Shown piece after piece: positions 24,701-39,561 of a stretch of DNA of 64,000 bases. The notes beneath the pieces were generated by a model. The model searched no databases, had not been told where the DNA came from, and saw only the letters and a list, made by a program, of their open reading frames with translations. Positions within the stretch are counted from its first letter, which is position 1. Each line of letters starts with the position of its first letter. The translations under genes were made by a program, and so were the position numbers. This stretch comes from Eledone cirrhosa. Its lineage: Eukaryota. The DNA lies in NCBI GenBank assembly GCA_964016885.1, contig OZ024740.1, positions 292,206,001 to 292,270,000 of the forward strand, given 5' to 3'.

Positions 24701-27700
24701 AATAAGCCAACAGTCATACACTAAGACACCAATCATACAATAAGCCAGCAGTCATACAATAAGACAGCAGTCATACAATAAGCTAATAGTCATACAATAA
24801 GACAGCAGTCACACAATGACAACCCAGCAGTCATACAATTACAACCCAGCAGTCATACAATAGTAAACAAACCAACAGTCATACAATAAGTCAGCAGTCA
24901 TACAATAAGCCAACAGTCATACAATAAATCAGAGTCATACGATGATAAGCCAGCAGTAATACAATGATAAGCCAGCACTAATACAATGATAAGTCAGCAG
25001 TCATACAATAAGCAGTCATACAATAAGCCAGCAGTCATACAATAAGTCAACAGTCATACAATAAGCCAGCAGTTTTCCAATAAGACAGCAATCATACAAT
25101 AAGCCAGCAGTCATACAATAAGCCCACAGTCATACAATAAGCCAGCAATCGTACACTAAGTAAGCAGTCATACAATAAGATAGCAGTAATACAATGATAA
25201 GACAGCAGTCATACAATAAGACAGCAGTCATAAAATAAACCAGCAGTCATACAATAAGACAGCAGTCATACAATAAGCTAACAGTCATGCAATAAGATAG
25301 CAATCACACAATGACAACCCAGCAGTCATACAATTACAAGCCAGCAGTCATACAATAATAAACAAACCAACAGTCATACAATAAGCCAGCAGTCATACAA
25401 TAAGTCAGCAGTCATACAATAAGCCAACAGTTATACAAATAAGTCAGCAGTCATACAATAAGCCAACAGTCATACACTAAGCCAGCAATCATACAATAAG
25501 CCAGCAGTCATACAATAAGACAGCAGTCATACAATAAGCCAGCAGTCATACAATAAGTCAGCAGTAATACAATGATAAGACAGCAGTCATACAATAAGAC
25601 AGCAGTCATAAAATAAGCCAGCAGTCATACAATAAGACAGCAGTCATACAATAAGCTAATAGTCATACAATAAGACAGCAGTCACACAATGACAACCCAG
25701 CAGTCATACAATTACAACCCAGCAGTCATACAATAGTAAACAAACCAACAGTCATACAATAAGTCAGCAGTCATACAATAAGCCAACAGTCATACAATAA
25801 ATCAGAGTCATACAATGATAAGCCAGCAGTCATACAATAAGCCAGCAGTCATACAATAAACCACAGTCATACAATAAGCCAGCAGACCTACAATAAGACA
25901 GCAGTCATACAATAAGCCAGCAGTCATACAATCAGCCAGAAGTCATACAATAAGTCAGCAGTCATACAATAATAAGCCAGCAGTCATACAATAATAAGCC
26001 AGCAGTCATAAAATAATCCAGCAGTCATACAATAAGACAGCAGTCATTCAATAAGCCAGCAGTCATACAATAAGCCAGCAGAAATACAATAAGGAAGCAG
26101 TCATACAATAATAAGCCAGCAGTCATACAATAATAAGCCATCAGTCATATAATAAGCCAGCAGTTATACAATGATAAGACAGCAGTCATACAGTAATAAG
26201 CAAGCCAAAGTCATACATTGATAAGCCAGCATCATACAATAATAAGCCAGCAGTCATACTATGATAAGATGGCAGTCATACAATAATAAGCCGGCATTCA
26301 TACAATAATAAGCCAGCAGTCATACAATAAGCCAGCAGTCATACAATAAGACAGCAGTCATACAATGATTAGCCAGCATCATACAATAATAAGCCAGCTG
26401 TCATTCAATGATAAGACGGCAGTCATACAATAATAAGCCAACAGTCATACAATAATAAGCCAGCAGTCAAACAATAATAAGCCAGCAGTCATACAATAAG
26501 CCAGCAGTCGTACAATAAGCCAGCAATCATACAATAAGACAGCATTCATACAATGAAAAGCCAGCAGTCATACAATAATAAGCCAGCAGTCATACAATGA
26601 TAAGTCAGCAGTCATACATTAAGCCGACAGTCATACAATGATAAGACATCAGTCATACAATAAGCCAGCAGTCATACAATAAGTAAGCAGTCATACAATG
26701 ATAAACCTGCAGTCATACAATGATAAGACGGCAGTCATACAATGATAAGTCAGCAGTCACAGAATAATAAGACAGCAGTCATACAATAATAAGCCAGCAG
26801 TTGTACAATGATAAGTCACCAATCATACAATTATACAGCAGTCATACAATAAGCCAGCAGTCATACAAGGATAAGACAGCAGTCATACAATAATAATCCA
26901 GCAGTCATAAAATAAGCCAACAGTCATACAATAAGCCAGCAGTCATACAATAAGACAGCAGTCATACAATGATAAGCCAGCAGTAATACAATATTAAGCC
27001 AGCAGTCATACAATGATAAGACAGCAGTCATACAATAATAATCCAGCAGTCATAAAATAAGCCAACAGTCATACAATAAGCCAACAGTCATACAATGATA
27101 AGACAGTAGTCAGACAATGATAAGCCAGCAGTCATACAATAAGACAGCAGTCATTTAATGATAAATCAGCAGTCATATAATAAGCCAGCAGTGATACAAT
27201 AAGACAGTAGTCATACAATAATAAGCCAGCAGTCATAAAATAATAAGCCAGCAGTCATACAATGATAAGCCAGCAGTCATACAATAATAAGCCAGCAGTC
27301 ATACAATAATATGCCAGAAGTTATACAATAATAAGCCAGCAGTCATACAATAATAAGTCAGTAGTCATACAATGATAAGACAGCAGTTATACAATAGTAA
27401 GTCAGCAGTGATGTAATAAGCCAGCAGTGATACAATAAGACAGCAGTCATACAATAATAAGCCAGCAGTTATACAATAATAAGCCAGCAGTCATACAATA
27501 AGCCAGCAATCATACAATAAGCCAACAGTCATACAATGATAATCCAGCACTCATACAATGATAAGCCAACAGTCATACAATAAGCCAGCAGTCACACAAT
27601 AAGCCTGCAGTCATACAATAAGCCAGGAGTCGTACAGTAAGCCAGCAGTCATACAATAACCCAGCAGTCATACAATAACACAGCAGTCATACAATAAGCC

Positions 27701-30700
27701 AGCATTCATACAATAAGCCAGCAGTCATACAATAAGTCAACAGTCATACAATAAGCCAAAGGTCATACAATAAGCCAAAGGTCATACAATATGCCAGCAG
27801 TCACACAATGACAAGCCACCAGTCATACAATAATAAGCAAGCCAACAGTCATACAATAAGACAGCAGTCATACAATAAGCCAGCAGTCATACAATAAGTC
27901 AGCAGTCATACAATAAGCCAACAGTCATACAATAAGTAAGCAGTCATACAATAAGACAGCAGTCATACAATAAGCCAGCAGTCATACAATAAGCCAACAG
28001 TCATACAATGAGTCAGCAGTCAAACAATAAGACAGCAGTCATACAATAAGCCAGCAGTCATACAATAAGTAAGCAGTCATACAATAAGCCAGCAGTCATA
28101 CAATAAGCCATCAGTCATACAATAAGATAACAGTCATACAATAAGCCAGCAGTGATACAATAAGTAAGCAGTCATACAATAAGCCAGCAGTCATACAATA
28201 AACCATCAGTCATACAATAAGACAGCAGTCATACAATAAGCCATCCGTCATACAATAAGGCAGCAGTCATACAATGAGTCAGCAGTCATACAATGACAAG
28301 CCAGCAGTCATACAATAATAAGCCAGCAGTCATATAACAAGCCAGCAGTCATACAATGATAAGCAAGCCAAAGTCATACAATAAGACAACAGTCATACAA
28401 TAAGCCATCAGTCATACAATAAGTCTGCAGTCATACAATAAGCCAGCAGTCATACAATAAGTCAGCAGTCATATAATAAACCAGCAGTCATACGATGACA
28501 AGCCAGCAGTCATACAATGACAAGCCAGCAGTCATACAATAATAAACAAGCCAACAGTCATACAATAATAAACAAGCCAACAGTCATACAATAAGACAGC
28601 AATCATACAATGATAAGCTAGCAGTCATACAATAATAAGCAAGCCAATAGTCATATAATAAGTCAGCAGTCATACAATAAGCTAACAGTCACACTATAAG
28701 TCACCAATCATACAATAAGCCAGCAGTCATACAATAAGCCAGCAGTCATACAATGACAAGCCAGCAGTAATACAATAAGCCAGCAGTCATACAATGATAA
28801 ACAAGCAGTCATACAATAAGCCAGCAGTCATACAATAAACCAGCAGTCATACAATGACAAGCAGCAGTCATACAATAAGCCAGCAGTCATACAATTATAA
28901 GACGCCAGTCATACAATGATAAGTCAGCAGTCATAAAATAATAAGCCAGCAGTCATACAATAATAAGTCAGCAGTCATACAATAAGACAGCAGTCATACA
29001 ATGATATGACAGAAGTCATACAATAATAAGCCAGCAGCCATACAATGATAAGTCAGCAGTCATACAATAAACCAACAGTCATACAATGATAGGACAGCAT
29101 TCATACAATAAGTCATCAGTCATACAATGATAAGCCAGCAGAGCAGTCATACAATTATAAGCCAGCAGTCATACAATGATAAGCCAGCAGTCATGCAATG
29201 ATAAGCCAGCAGTTATACAATAATAAGTCAGCAGTCATACAATGATAAGTCAGCAGTCATATCATATGCCAGCACTCATTCAATGATAAGACAGCAGTCA
29301 TACAATAATAAGTCAGCAGTCATACAATAAGCCAGCAGTCATACAATAAGCCAGCATTCATACAATGATAAGCCAGCAGTCATACAATGATTAGCCAACA
29401 GTCATACAATAAGCCAGCATTCATACAATAAGTCAGCAGCCATACAATGATAATACAGCTGTCATACAATGATAAGCCAGCAGTCATACAATAAGCCAGC
29501 AGTCATACAATAAGCCAGCATTCATACAATGATAAGCCAGCAGTCATACAATGATAAGCCAGCAGTCATACAATAATAAGCCAGCAGTCATACAATGATA
29601 AGTCAGCAGTCATAAAATAATAAGCCAGCAGTCATACAATAATGAGCCAAAAGTTATACAATAATAAGCCAGCAGTCATACAATAATACGTCAGCAATCA
29701 TACAATGATAAGACAGCAGTCATACAATAGTAAACCAGCAGTCATAAAATAAGCCAACAGTCATACAATAAGCCAGCAGTCATACAATAATAAGCCAGCA
29801 GTTATACAATAATAAGCCAGCAGCCATACAATGATAAGTCAGCAGTCATACAATAAGCCAACAGTCATACAATGATAGGACAGCATTCATACAATGATGA
29901 GTCAGCAGTCATACAATGATAAGACAGCTGTCATACAATGATAAGCCAGCAGTCATACAATAATAAGCCAGCAGTCATACAATGATAAGACGGCAGTCAT
30001 ACATTGATAAGTCAGCAGTCATACAATAATAAGCCAGCAGTCATAAAATAATAAGCCAGAAGTTATACAATAATAAGCCATCAGTCATACAATAATAAGT
30101 CAGCAGTCATACAATGATAAGCCAGCAGTCATACAATAAGCCAGCAGTCATACAATAAGCCAGCAGTCATACAATAAGCCAGCAGTCATACAATGATAAA
30201 CCAGCAGTCATACAATAAGACAGCAGTTATACAATAGTAAGCCAGCAGTCATAAAATAATCCAACAGTCATACAATAAGCCAGCAGTCATACAATAATAA
30301 GCCAACAGTCATACAATAATAAGCCAGCAGTCATACAATAATAAGCTAGCAGTCATACAATAATAACCCAGCAGTCATACAATAATAAGCCAGCAGTCAT
30401 ACAATAAGACAGTAGTCATACAATGATAAGCCAGCAGTCATACAATAAGTCAGCAGTCATACAATGATAAGCCAGCAGTCATACAATGATAAGCCAGCAG
30501 TCATACAATGATAAGTCAGCAGTCATACAATGATAAGCCAGCAGTCATACAATAAGACAGCAGTCATACAATAAGCCAGCAATCATACAATAAGCCAACA
30601 GTCATACAATGATAAGCCAGCAGTCATACAATGATAAGCCAACAGTCATACAATAAGCCAGCAGTCATACAATGATAAGCCAGCAGTCTTACAATAATAA

Positions 30701-32577
30701 GCCAGCAGTCATACAATGATAAGACGGCAGTCATACATTGATAAGTCAGCAGTCATACAATAATAAGCCAGCAGTCATACAATAATAAGCCAGAAGTTAT
30801 ACAATAATAAGCCAGCAGTCATACAATAATAAGTCAGCAGTCATACAATGATAAGCCAGCAGTCATACAATAAGCCAGCAGTCATACAATAAGCCAGCAG
30901 TCATACAATGATAAACCAGCAGTCATACAATAAGACAGCAGTTATACAATAGTAAGCCAGCAGTCATAAAATAAGCCAACAGTCATACATTAAGCCAGCA
31001 GTCATACAATAATAAGCCAACAGTCATACAATAATAAGCCAGCAGTCATACAATAATAAGCCAGCAGTCATACAATAATAAGCCAGCAGTCATACAATAA
31101 TAAGCCAGCAGTCATACAATAAGACAGTAGTCATACAATGATAAGCCAGCAGTCATACAATAATAAGCTAGCAGTCATACAATAATAAGCCAGCAGTCAT
31201 ACAATAATAAGCCAGCAGTCATACAATAAGACAGTAGTCATACAATGATAAGCCAGCAGTCATACAATAAGTCAGCAGTCATACAATGATAAGCCAGCAG
31301 TCATACAATGATAAGCCAGCAGTCATACAATGATAAGTCAGCAGTCATACAATGATAAGCCAGCAGTCATACAATAAGACAGCAGTCATACAATAAGCCA
31401 GCAATCATACAATAAGCCAACAGTCATACAATGATAAGCCAGCAGTCATACAATGATAAGCCAACAGTCATACAATAAGCCAGCAGTCATACAATGATAA
31501 GCCAGCAGTCTTACAATGATAAGCCAGCAGTCATACAATAAGCCAGCAGTCATACAATAATAAGCCAGCAGTCATACCATAATCCAGCAGTCATACAATA
31601 AGACAGCAGTCATACAATAAGCCAGCAGAAATACAATAAGGCAGCAGTCATACAATGACAAGCCAGCAGTCATACAATAATAAGCCAGCAGTCATACAAT
31701 AATAAGACAGCTGTCATACAATGATAAGCCAGCAGTCATACAATAAGCCAGCAGTCATACAATAAGCCAGCAGTCATACATTGATAAACCAGCAGTCATA
31801 CAATAAGACAGCAGTTATACAATAGTAAGCCAGCAGTCATAAAATAAGCCAACAGTCATACATTAAGCCAGCAGTCATACAATAATAAGCCAACAGTCAT
31901 ACAATAATAAGCCAGCAGTCATACAATAATAAGCTAGCAGTCATACAATAATAAGCCAGCAGTCATACAATAATAAGCCAGCAGTCATACAATAAGACAG
32001 TAGTCATACAATGATAAGCCAGCAGTCATACAATAAGTCAGCAGTCATACAATGATAAGCCAGCAGTCATACAATGATAAGCCAGCAGTCATACAATGAT
32101 AAGTCAGCAGTCATACAATGATAAGCCAGCAGTCATACAATAAGACAGCAGTCATACAATAAGCCAGCAATCATACAATAAGCCAACAGTCATACAATGA
32201 TAAGCCAGCAGTCATACAATGATAAGCCAACAGTCATACAATAAGCCAGCAGTCATACAATGATAAGCCAGCAGTCTTACAATGATAAGCCAGCAGTCAT
32301 ACAATAAGCCAGCAGTCATACAATAATAAGACAGCAGTCATACAATAATAAGCCAACAGTCATACAATGATAAGACAGCAGTCATACAATGATAAGGCAA
32401 GCAGTCATACAATAAGTCAGCAGTCATACAATAATAAGCCAACAGTCATACAATAAGCCAGCAGTCATACAATGATAAGCCAGCAGTCCTACAATGATAA
32501 GCCAGCAGTCATACAATGATAAGGCAGCAGTCATGCAATAAGCCATCAGTCATCAATAAGCCAGCAGTCATACAATA
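18724..32577. repeat. 13.9-kb satellite array, monomer AAG[C/A/T]CAGCAGTCATACAAT (19 bp) +/- GAT/AAT (22 bp)
   Basis: Continuous tandem monomers, roughly 650-700 by length/unit estimate; no unique spacers; no ORF in the track. Confidence 0.98.
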
Positions 32578-32799
32578 TGTGCTCACTTCTCCTAGCGCTT
32601 CGTATCAATCTCCCAAATAAAATAATTCCAACTTACACTGCTGCAAGATGGCAAACTTAGTTTTTCCCATATCTTTCTCTGACCAAACGAAAAAAACTAC
32701 CAAGCTTGCTTTTTCCACTACACATGGCCAAATCATGAGAAAGGTCATAACACAATTACGACCCTGTCTACCACCTTGGATATGTCCATAGTGTCGCTA

Positions 32800-33155
32800 C
32801 GCGGCAATGGTATTTGTATGTATGTATGGTCCCGTAACTCCTGATCGAGTGATAGGGGCGCCCTATTGACATACGACGTTTCTTGGGCATTTTAAGCCTG
32901 ACGGAGCCCATCCCTCTCCAGGCCTGAGTACAGCAGATTTCTCCCAGAGAAAGATAGAAAGTGAGAAAGGGGAAATGAGAAAGAGATATAGAGGAAGAAT
33001 TCACCCAGTACTAGACTGGCACTTTTTTTAATCTACATCGAAAGGATGAAAGACAAAGTTGACCTCGGCGGGATTTGTACTCAGAGAGCAGAGAGCTGGA
33101 ACGAATAGCATAAAGCATTCTATCCAACGGTCTAACGATTCTGCCAATTCACCGC
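32800..33155 (-). mobile_element. Family A SINE variant with extended 3' segment
   Basis: Homologous to 11095-11400. Confidence 0.65.
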
Positions 33156-33189
33156 TTATAAAGGTATTTAGTCTTGTCTAAAGTCTGTC

Positions 33190-33405
33190 TCAAGCCAGGA
33201 GGCTCACATGGCCGGTGCTTATCCTAGTTTCGTGATGTGAAGCGATTGAGAGTACAAGACTCCCTCCTCGCTAGACAAAACCCCAGTCCATCACATGGTT
33301 AAACCTACACCTGTTACTGGTGTTAACTTTTAACTGAGTATAATGGAACAATGTGAAATGAATAGATTTGCTCAAGAACACAACACAAAACCCAGCCCAG
33401 GAATC
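33190..33405 (-). mobile_element. Family B-related SINE, degenerate
   Basis: ttgctcaagaacacaac core shared with 216-500. Confidence 0.55.
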
Positions 33406-34017
33406 GTTTAGTGGTGCACTTCTCTGAGGTCTGCGTCCTAGGCGGCTGCCTAGCTTGCCTTAATAGAAGCACCGACTCTGATAACGGAGGTTAAGAATAC
33501 CTCACTCCCACTGGTCTTACAGAATGCCGGACACCAGCTCGGAATTTCTAAGCTGGGTTTCTAGCAGCAACTATCCACAGCAGGCTAGCCTGGTGTGGAT
33601 AGGGACGATGAATGTGATGTGCAGGGTGTGCAAACCACCCAGATTTCCCCCCTTTTCTTTTTCGAGGTGAGGGACAGTTCATTATCTGCGTGTCTTTGTT
33701 GTAGGCCAAGGGGCGTGTAACAAAACGAAATGTACCTGTATATATATATATATACACACATATATATATATATACACACATATATGTATATATACACATA
33801 CACATACATACACATACATTTTGGTATGTGAAGGGTAAGGCAAAAAAAAGGGGGGAAAAGGAGGGGGGAAAATGACATAGGAAAAGGTTAAATATAAGGG
33901 GAGATAAGGGAGAAAGAGAATACAAGAGTACAGAACGTGGATTCAGCAGGTAAAAAAACCGTAGTAGAAGTAAAGAGCAGGAAAGGAGTTCAAGGCGGTT
34001 GAGTTATCATAGGAATG

Positions 34018-35796
34018 ATAATAGCACTTTGTATAACCAACTTTTAACTAATAGTATCACCAACAAATATCAGTTAACTAATAATAATACCTACAATACT
34101 ATTAATAAAGAAGCTAAAGAACTAGCTAGTTCTTTAAAAATAGACAACCGGATTGAAAGCCTAGCTAAGCGTAAAGCATATATTACCCTTAAAGACCATA
34201 AATTGGACTTTACTAATCGACCTAGTTGTAGACTGATTAACCCGGCTAAATCCGAAGTTGGCCTTGCAAGTAAAAAAATCTTAAGAAAAATAATTCTCCA
34301 AATTAGAACTAACACTGACCTATCACAGTGGCTAAATACTTCCTCTGTTATTTCTTGGTTTAATAATATACAAGGTAAAAATAAGTGTAGATTTACCCAA
34401 TTTGATATTGTTGATTTTTACCCCTCTATTACTGTTTCCTTATTAACTAATGCCTTAGATTTTGCAAGACCCTTCATTAATATTTCTAAATTAGAAGAAG
34501 ACATTATCTTTCATGCTAGAAAAACTTTACTCTTTACTAATGAAAATATTTGGGTTAAAAAGTCAAACCCTGAAAACTCTTTTGATGTTGCAATGGGTTC
34601 ATATGACAGTGCGGATGTGTGTGACTTAGTAGGATTATTCCTTCTCCACACCCTCAAAGAGATATTTCCTTCCCATAATATCGGTTTATACCGTGATGAC
34701 GGATTGGCAGTTTCTCATACCACCAACGGCCATGACCTTGATAAATTCCGTAAAGATTTAATCAATACTTTTGCTAATCTTAACCTTAAAATCACTATAG
34801 ATACGAACCTTACCAATGCTAACTTTCTTGATATTAATCTTGATCTACTTACCGCCTCTTTTAAACCTTATCATAAACCTAATGAAAATCTTAGGTATAT
34901 ACACAAAGAGTCTTGCCATCCCCCTATAGTTTTTAATAATCTTATTCCCAACATTAGCCGTAGGGTTTCTACCTTATCTTCGTCTATAGACATTTTTAAT
35001 AAAGCCGCCCCTTATTATAATAAAGCCCTTAAGAACAGCGGTTTTACAGAAAAACATTTTATTTACCTACTCCCCCCCCCCCCCCCAAAAAAAAAACTAA
35101 CCACAATAACAGGAAAAGGAAAATTATTTGGTTCACACACCCCTTCTCTCTAACTGTCAAAACTAATGTAGGAAGGAAATTCCTTGAACTCTTAGATAAA
35201 CATTTTCCTCCTAATCATAGATATTATAAGATATTTAATAGGAACGTAGTTAAGATCAGTTAGTCTTGTTGCCCATCTATGAAGTCCAAGATCACTAGTT
35301 CAAATCATACGAGAACAAATCCAGGATGCAGTTGCAGGAAGCCGGATGAATGCCCATTGCAGGGCAAATGTAACACCAAATCTGTTGTTTATGAGGTTAA
35401 AATAACACCGTTAATCAACAACCAGCCAGCCAGGAGTGAGCGATGTGTCGGCATGACCCAGGACAGGTTTAAAACCAGGTTTTACTCACATATCGCTTCT
35501 TTTAAGCACTCCGATAAACGAACAACAACGGCCCTCGCAAGTAAGGTGTGGGAATCAAGGATAATAACATCCCGTACTCTATCGATTGGTCTATTTTAGA
35601 CCATTCGAGGGAATACCAAAGGGGCACAAAGAATTGTTCTTTGTGTACCACAGAAAAATATAGGATTTGGTTAAACTTGAGAGCCACTTCTGCTTGCCTG
35701 AACTCAAAGACCGAGATCTTCAGATGTTGTCCTCATCTGAAATCACATCTGATCTGTAACTGGATTGACATTCCTATGATAACTCAACCGCCTTGA
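34018..35796 (+). pseudogene. Disrupted Naiad-type RT + GIY-YIG ORF
   Basis: YITLKDHK, CRLINPAKSEVG, QFDIVDFYPSI, MGSYD, GLYRDDGL, IIWF..PFS..VKTNVG, CSCRKPDECPLQGKC, SVVYE, CSLC, LNSKTE. Frameshifts at ~35070-35100 and ~35550; TAG at ~35260. Confidence 0.88.
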
Positions 35797-36044
35797 ACTC
35801 CTTCTCTGCTCTTTACTTCTACTACTTATTTTTTACCTGCTGAATTCACGTTCTGTACTCTTGTATTCTCTTTCTCCCTTATCTCCCCTTATATTTAACC
35901 TTTTCCTATGTCATTTCCCCCCCCCCCCTCCTTTTCCCCCCTATTTTTTTGCCTTACCCTTCACATACCAAAATGTATGTGTATGTATGTGTATGTGTAT
36001 ATATATATGTGTGTGTGTATATATATATATAGAGACCAGGATTT

Positions 36045-36104
36045 TTTCATTCTGATGATTGAAGGCAAAATTTTTTGCTTTTAAGAAACCACTGGTAAAT
36101 GGAA
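36045..36104 (+). ncRNA. Type I hammerhead ribozyme
   Basis: TTTCATT-CTGATGA-TTGAAGGCAAAA/TTTTGCTTTTAA-GAAA-CC(ACT)GG-TA-AATGGAA. Confidence 0.85.
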
Positions 36105-36296
36105 TAATTGCCTTATGTTGCTTATTACATAACTATATATATATATATATGTATATTTTAGAGTTAAATAAGGTTCATATGAATTATCTAAGATTGAGTT
36201 TTACACACATATTTATATTATGTGTGTGTTTGTATTTGGTTGTGCGTGTTTGTGATATGTACGTATTTGTATGTGTATAATTGTATGACTATGCAT

Positions 36297-36408
<112 letters not shown>

Positions 36409-36854
36409 ATATGTGTGGGTATATATGTATATATGTGTGTGTGTGTGTTTGTGTATGTATTTGTGTATGCGTATGTATGTGTTTATGTATTTGTATATGT
36501 ATATTTATGTGTGAGAGTGTGTGTATGTATTTATTTTTACGTATGTATATGTACGTGCATTTGTGTGTATTGCTTACCACGTGTGTTTGTTCATTTATTT
36601 GTTATCTGTTGCCTGTATCGCTGTCAACTTTATAATAGTCTTTATTTTCTTTTATTATTTTATATATATTTTTTCTTATATTTATTTGCGTGTGTGAATA
36701 TGTAGAGGTGTGTGTATATTTTTCTAATTTTGTGCATGCATATGTATGCATTTATGTATGTGTATGTATGTACGTGTGTATATAGGTATGATTGTGTGTA
36801 TGTATGTATGTATGTATGTATATGTATGTGTGTATGACTATGTATGTGTATGTA

Positions 36855-37044
36855 TGTATGCTCAAATTTTTATACCACATTGAGAATGTTTTCCGTGAAC
36901 TTAGAGTTTGCAGAGTGAATCAGTTGGATTCGCATGGATGTTTGTAGCTGTATGCTCAAATTTTTATACCACATTGAGAATGTTTTCCGTGAACTTAGAG
37001 TTTGCAGAGTGAATCAGTTGGATTCGCATGGATGTTTGTAGCTG
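36855..37044. repeat. Perfect 94-bp tandem duplication
   Basis: ctcaaatttttataccac...gtttgtagctgt at 36861 and 36955. Confidence 0.9.
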
Positions 37045-37665
37045 TCACATAAACATATGAATTTTTTAAAACTAAACATAAGATAATTAATTTTCACACA
37101 TTATGGATACTTGTCTCATTCAGGAATACTGATATTTACAATATAGTGTAAGTTTTATAAATACTAATACATTAAAACATAGGGTTTTTACGCCTCGAAT
37201 ATATCTGGCTATTTTTAAATTTTTTCTCTCGCTATTTTTTTCCTCTCTATATTTTTTCTTTTCTCTCTCTATATATCTCCCTTACATTAATACTTGAGCT
37301 AAATAAATAAATAAATAAATAAATGTATCATTGATACATTTACTCAAAATGACCTCCCACTACCTAATTTTCTATATATATATGTATCTATCTCTATTTC
37401 CTCTCTCTCTATATATATATATCTCTTTCTGTTTCTCTACATGAAGTTCTTCGCTTTATTTATCTTTCCATCTCTCTATTTTGTTCCATGCATTTCCTCT
37501 TTCTCTTCTTTTTCTTCCTTTTCTTCGTTTTCTGTCTTTCTTTCTTTTTTCTCTCTTTCTTTCTCTCTGTGTAAAATCTTTTCACTGCCAGCTTAAACCT
37601 CTTCAAATGAAGTCGGTGTTATAACGGTATGTCGAATCTATTTATCTATAAAACTGTTTATATTG

Positions 37666-37717
37666 TATTTTGTCTGATGAAGGCATATGATATCCCCGAA
37701 ATATATATAGTGAAATA
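37666..37717 (+). ncRNA. Degenerate hammerhead
   Basis: TATTTTGT-CTGATGA...GAAA-TATATA-TA-GTGAAATA; weak stem II. Confidence 0.55.
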
Positions 37718-37755
37718 AATATGGTTTTATAAATATAGTTTTCCATTTATTTAAT

Positions 37756-37794
<39 letters not shown>

Positions 37795-38625
37795 TACATG
37801 AATCAAAGTTCTGTTTAAACCATTTATTCGCTTACAATTGTTTCTTCCAAACCGACGAGCAATTTCTGCAATGATTTTTTACATACTTGACCTCATTTCC
37901 AATACAAGAGACATATAGAAACATATGTATATATTGATGCACAGTGGGTTGACATCCATTATAATAATATAGCATGGCAATTTACATACGAAGATTAAAG
38001 TCATATTAAAGGACAAAATTAAAGTTAAAATACAACATTGGCAGTTTACGAAGATAAAGCAAGAGGATAGTTTGAAGTAGTTAGTGTATGCAATAGTTAC
38101 ACGTGGGGCATGCACGTGTGTCTTATTTATATAAGATTATAGTGCGGCAGGGTGTTATATGTAATAGAAGCAGTTTAAGCGGGCAATCAAGAGTATTATG
38201 GGGGTTGTATTGGTAAAGTATTTTTTATATATATATGTATGATATAGAAGCCTGTATGTAGAGAAATATCAAAAATATTAAAAGTGTGAAGCAAAACAAC
38301 GCCACGGTCCTCGCATACACCACCATTTTCACAATCCAGGAAACGCAATTTATAGATTATATGTACCTCACACAATCCACGATGATTCAACATTGGATGC
38401 TTGAAAAACCATGTTAGAACACCACAGCTTGTTGTTCTCTAATTCAATTCTATAGAGCAGGTTGTTTTTGTTGCGAGAATTGACATCGTATTATTTTCCG
38501 GAAGTGTGTGTGTGATTAAGGGGAGTTAATGTGTAAGGGGAGGTAACTAGCTGATTTCTATAACCAAATTTATTATCCTAATGTACATTAAATGGTGTCT
38601 CAAATGAGTCCCTATCATATAAGGT

Positions 38626-39186
38626 TATAAACAGAATAGTAATAGCACTAGTGTAAGCAATAACGCTGGGAACGACAACCCCCATAACCATAATCCTATA
38701 GCTACCATCCAGACTTCTACACAACATAATAACCGGCAGACTAACACCCAGAATAATTGTAACTGTAGATCAAATAGAACCTGCCCTTTAGATAAAAAAT
38801 GCTTAATCAAGGATATCATATACTCATGCACCGTCACAACTAGCAACTCTTCTGAAACCTATATAGGCTCTACTTCAAACTGCTTCAAAACCAGATGTAA
38901 TTCGCACCTCCACTCTTTCAAAAAAAACAGTCTAGCCAACTCCACTTCACTATCTAGCTACATACACTATCTAAAAACTAAAAATAAATCATATACACTT
39001 AAATGGGAAGTGATAGGTAACGCGACATCGTACAAACCACCTAATAAATTTTGTAACCTCTGTCTACTAGAGACCCATACTATTATCTTCTCAAACCGTA
39101 ACCTCCTTAATGAAAAATCAGAAGTGTTCGCGTCTTGCCAGCACCGCTTCCGACACTCCTTCCAAAACTTTAAACCCAATATATAA
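38626..39186 (+). pseudogene. ATG-less open frame: Naiad Zn-linker + GIY-YIG endonuclease (absent from the ORF track)
   Basis: NNCNCRSNRTCPLDKKCLIKDIIYSCTV...ETYIGSTSNCFKTRCNSHLHSF...STSLSSYIHYLK...LKWEVI...FCNLCLLE...LLNEKSEVFASCQHR; no internal stop. Confidence 0.88.
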
Positions 39187-39561
39187 CAATGTCAGACTTG
39201 AACCCGTCACCACCTCTAGCAACAAACATCAAGGGCACACCTTACACCACATCTCCACACTCATTGATCCACTTTAACGCAAGTAGTGACATCCTCCTAG
39301 TACCTTTTACCCTAGAGATATCCCCATGTACATCTACTTTTGGTATATTTACCTTCATTTACTTAGACTACATTGCACCACTATATAATTAATGTAAACT
39401 TTAAGCACGGAATTGGTTGTGCTAATGTTGTTCTGTGTATGGAGTGCCATCATTGGATAAATGGAAGATTAATTAATTTATTAATTTATTAACATAAAAG
39501 AGCTATATAACCTATATGCTGAGTGCAATGAATTATGTACAAGTGATGTATGAGTTATACA

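Larger units (their letters stand above)
33760..36135 (+). mobile_element. Naiad-type Penelope-like element, 5'-truncated, with inverted 5' pLTR
   Basis: ~33760-34017 is inverted to 35769-36030; RT and GIY-YIG coding region between; HHR at 36045-36104. Confidence 0.88.

Noticed and set aside
18724-32577. Satellite as a CRISPR array or a coding repeat
   Set aside because: No unique spacers, no cas genes, eukaryotic context; the 19/22-bp units shift frame and contain TAA/TGA stops.
33999-34017. Start codon of the 384-aa ORF
   Set aside because: Lies in the inverted pLTR arm; the element is 5'-truncated.
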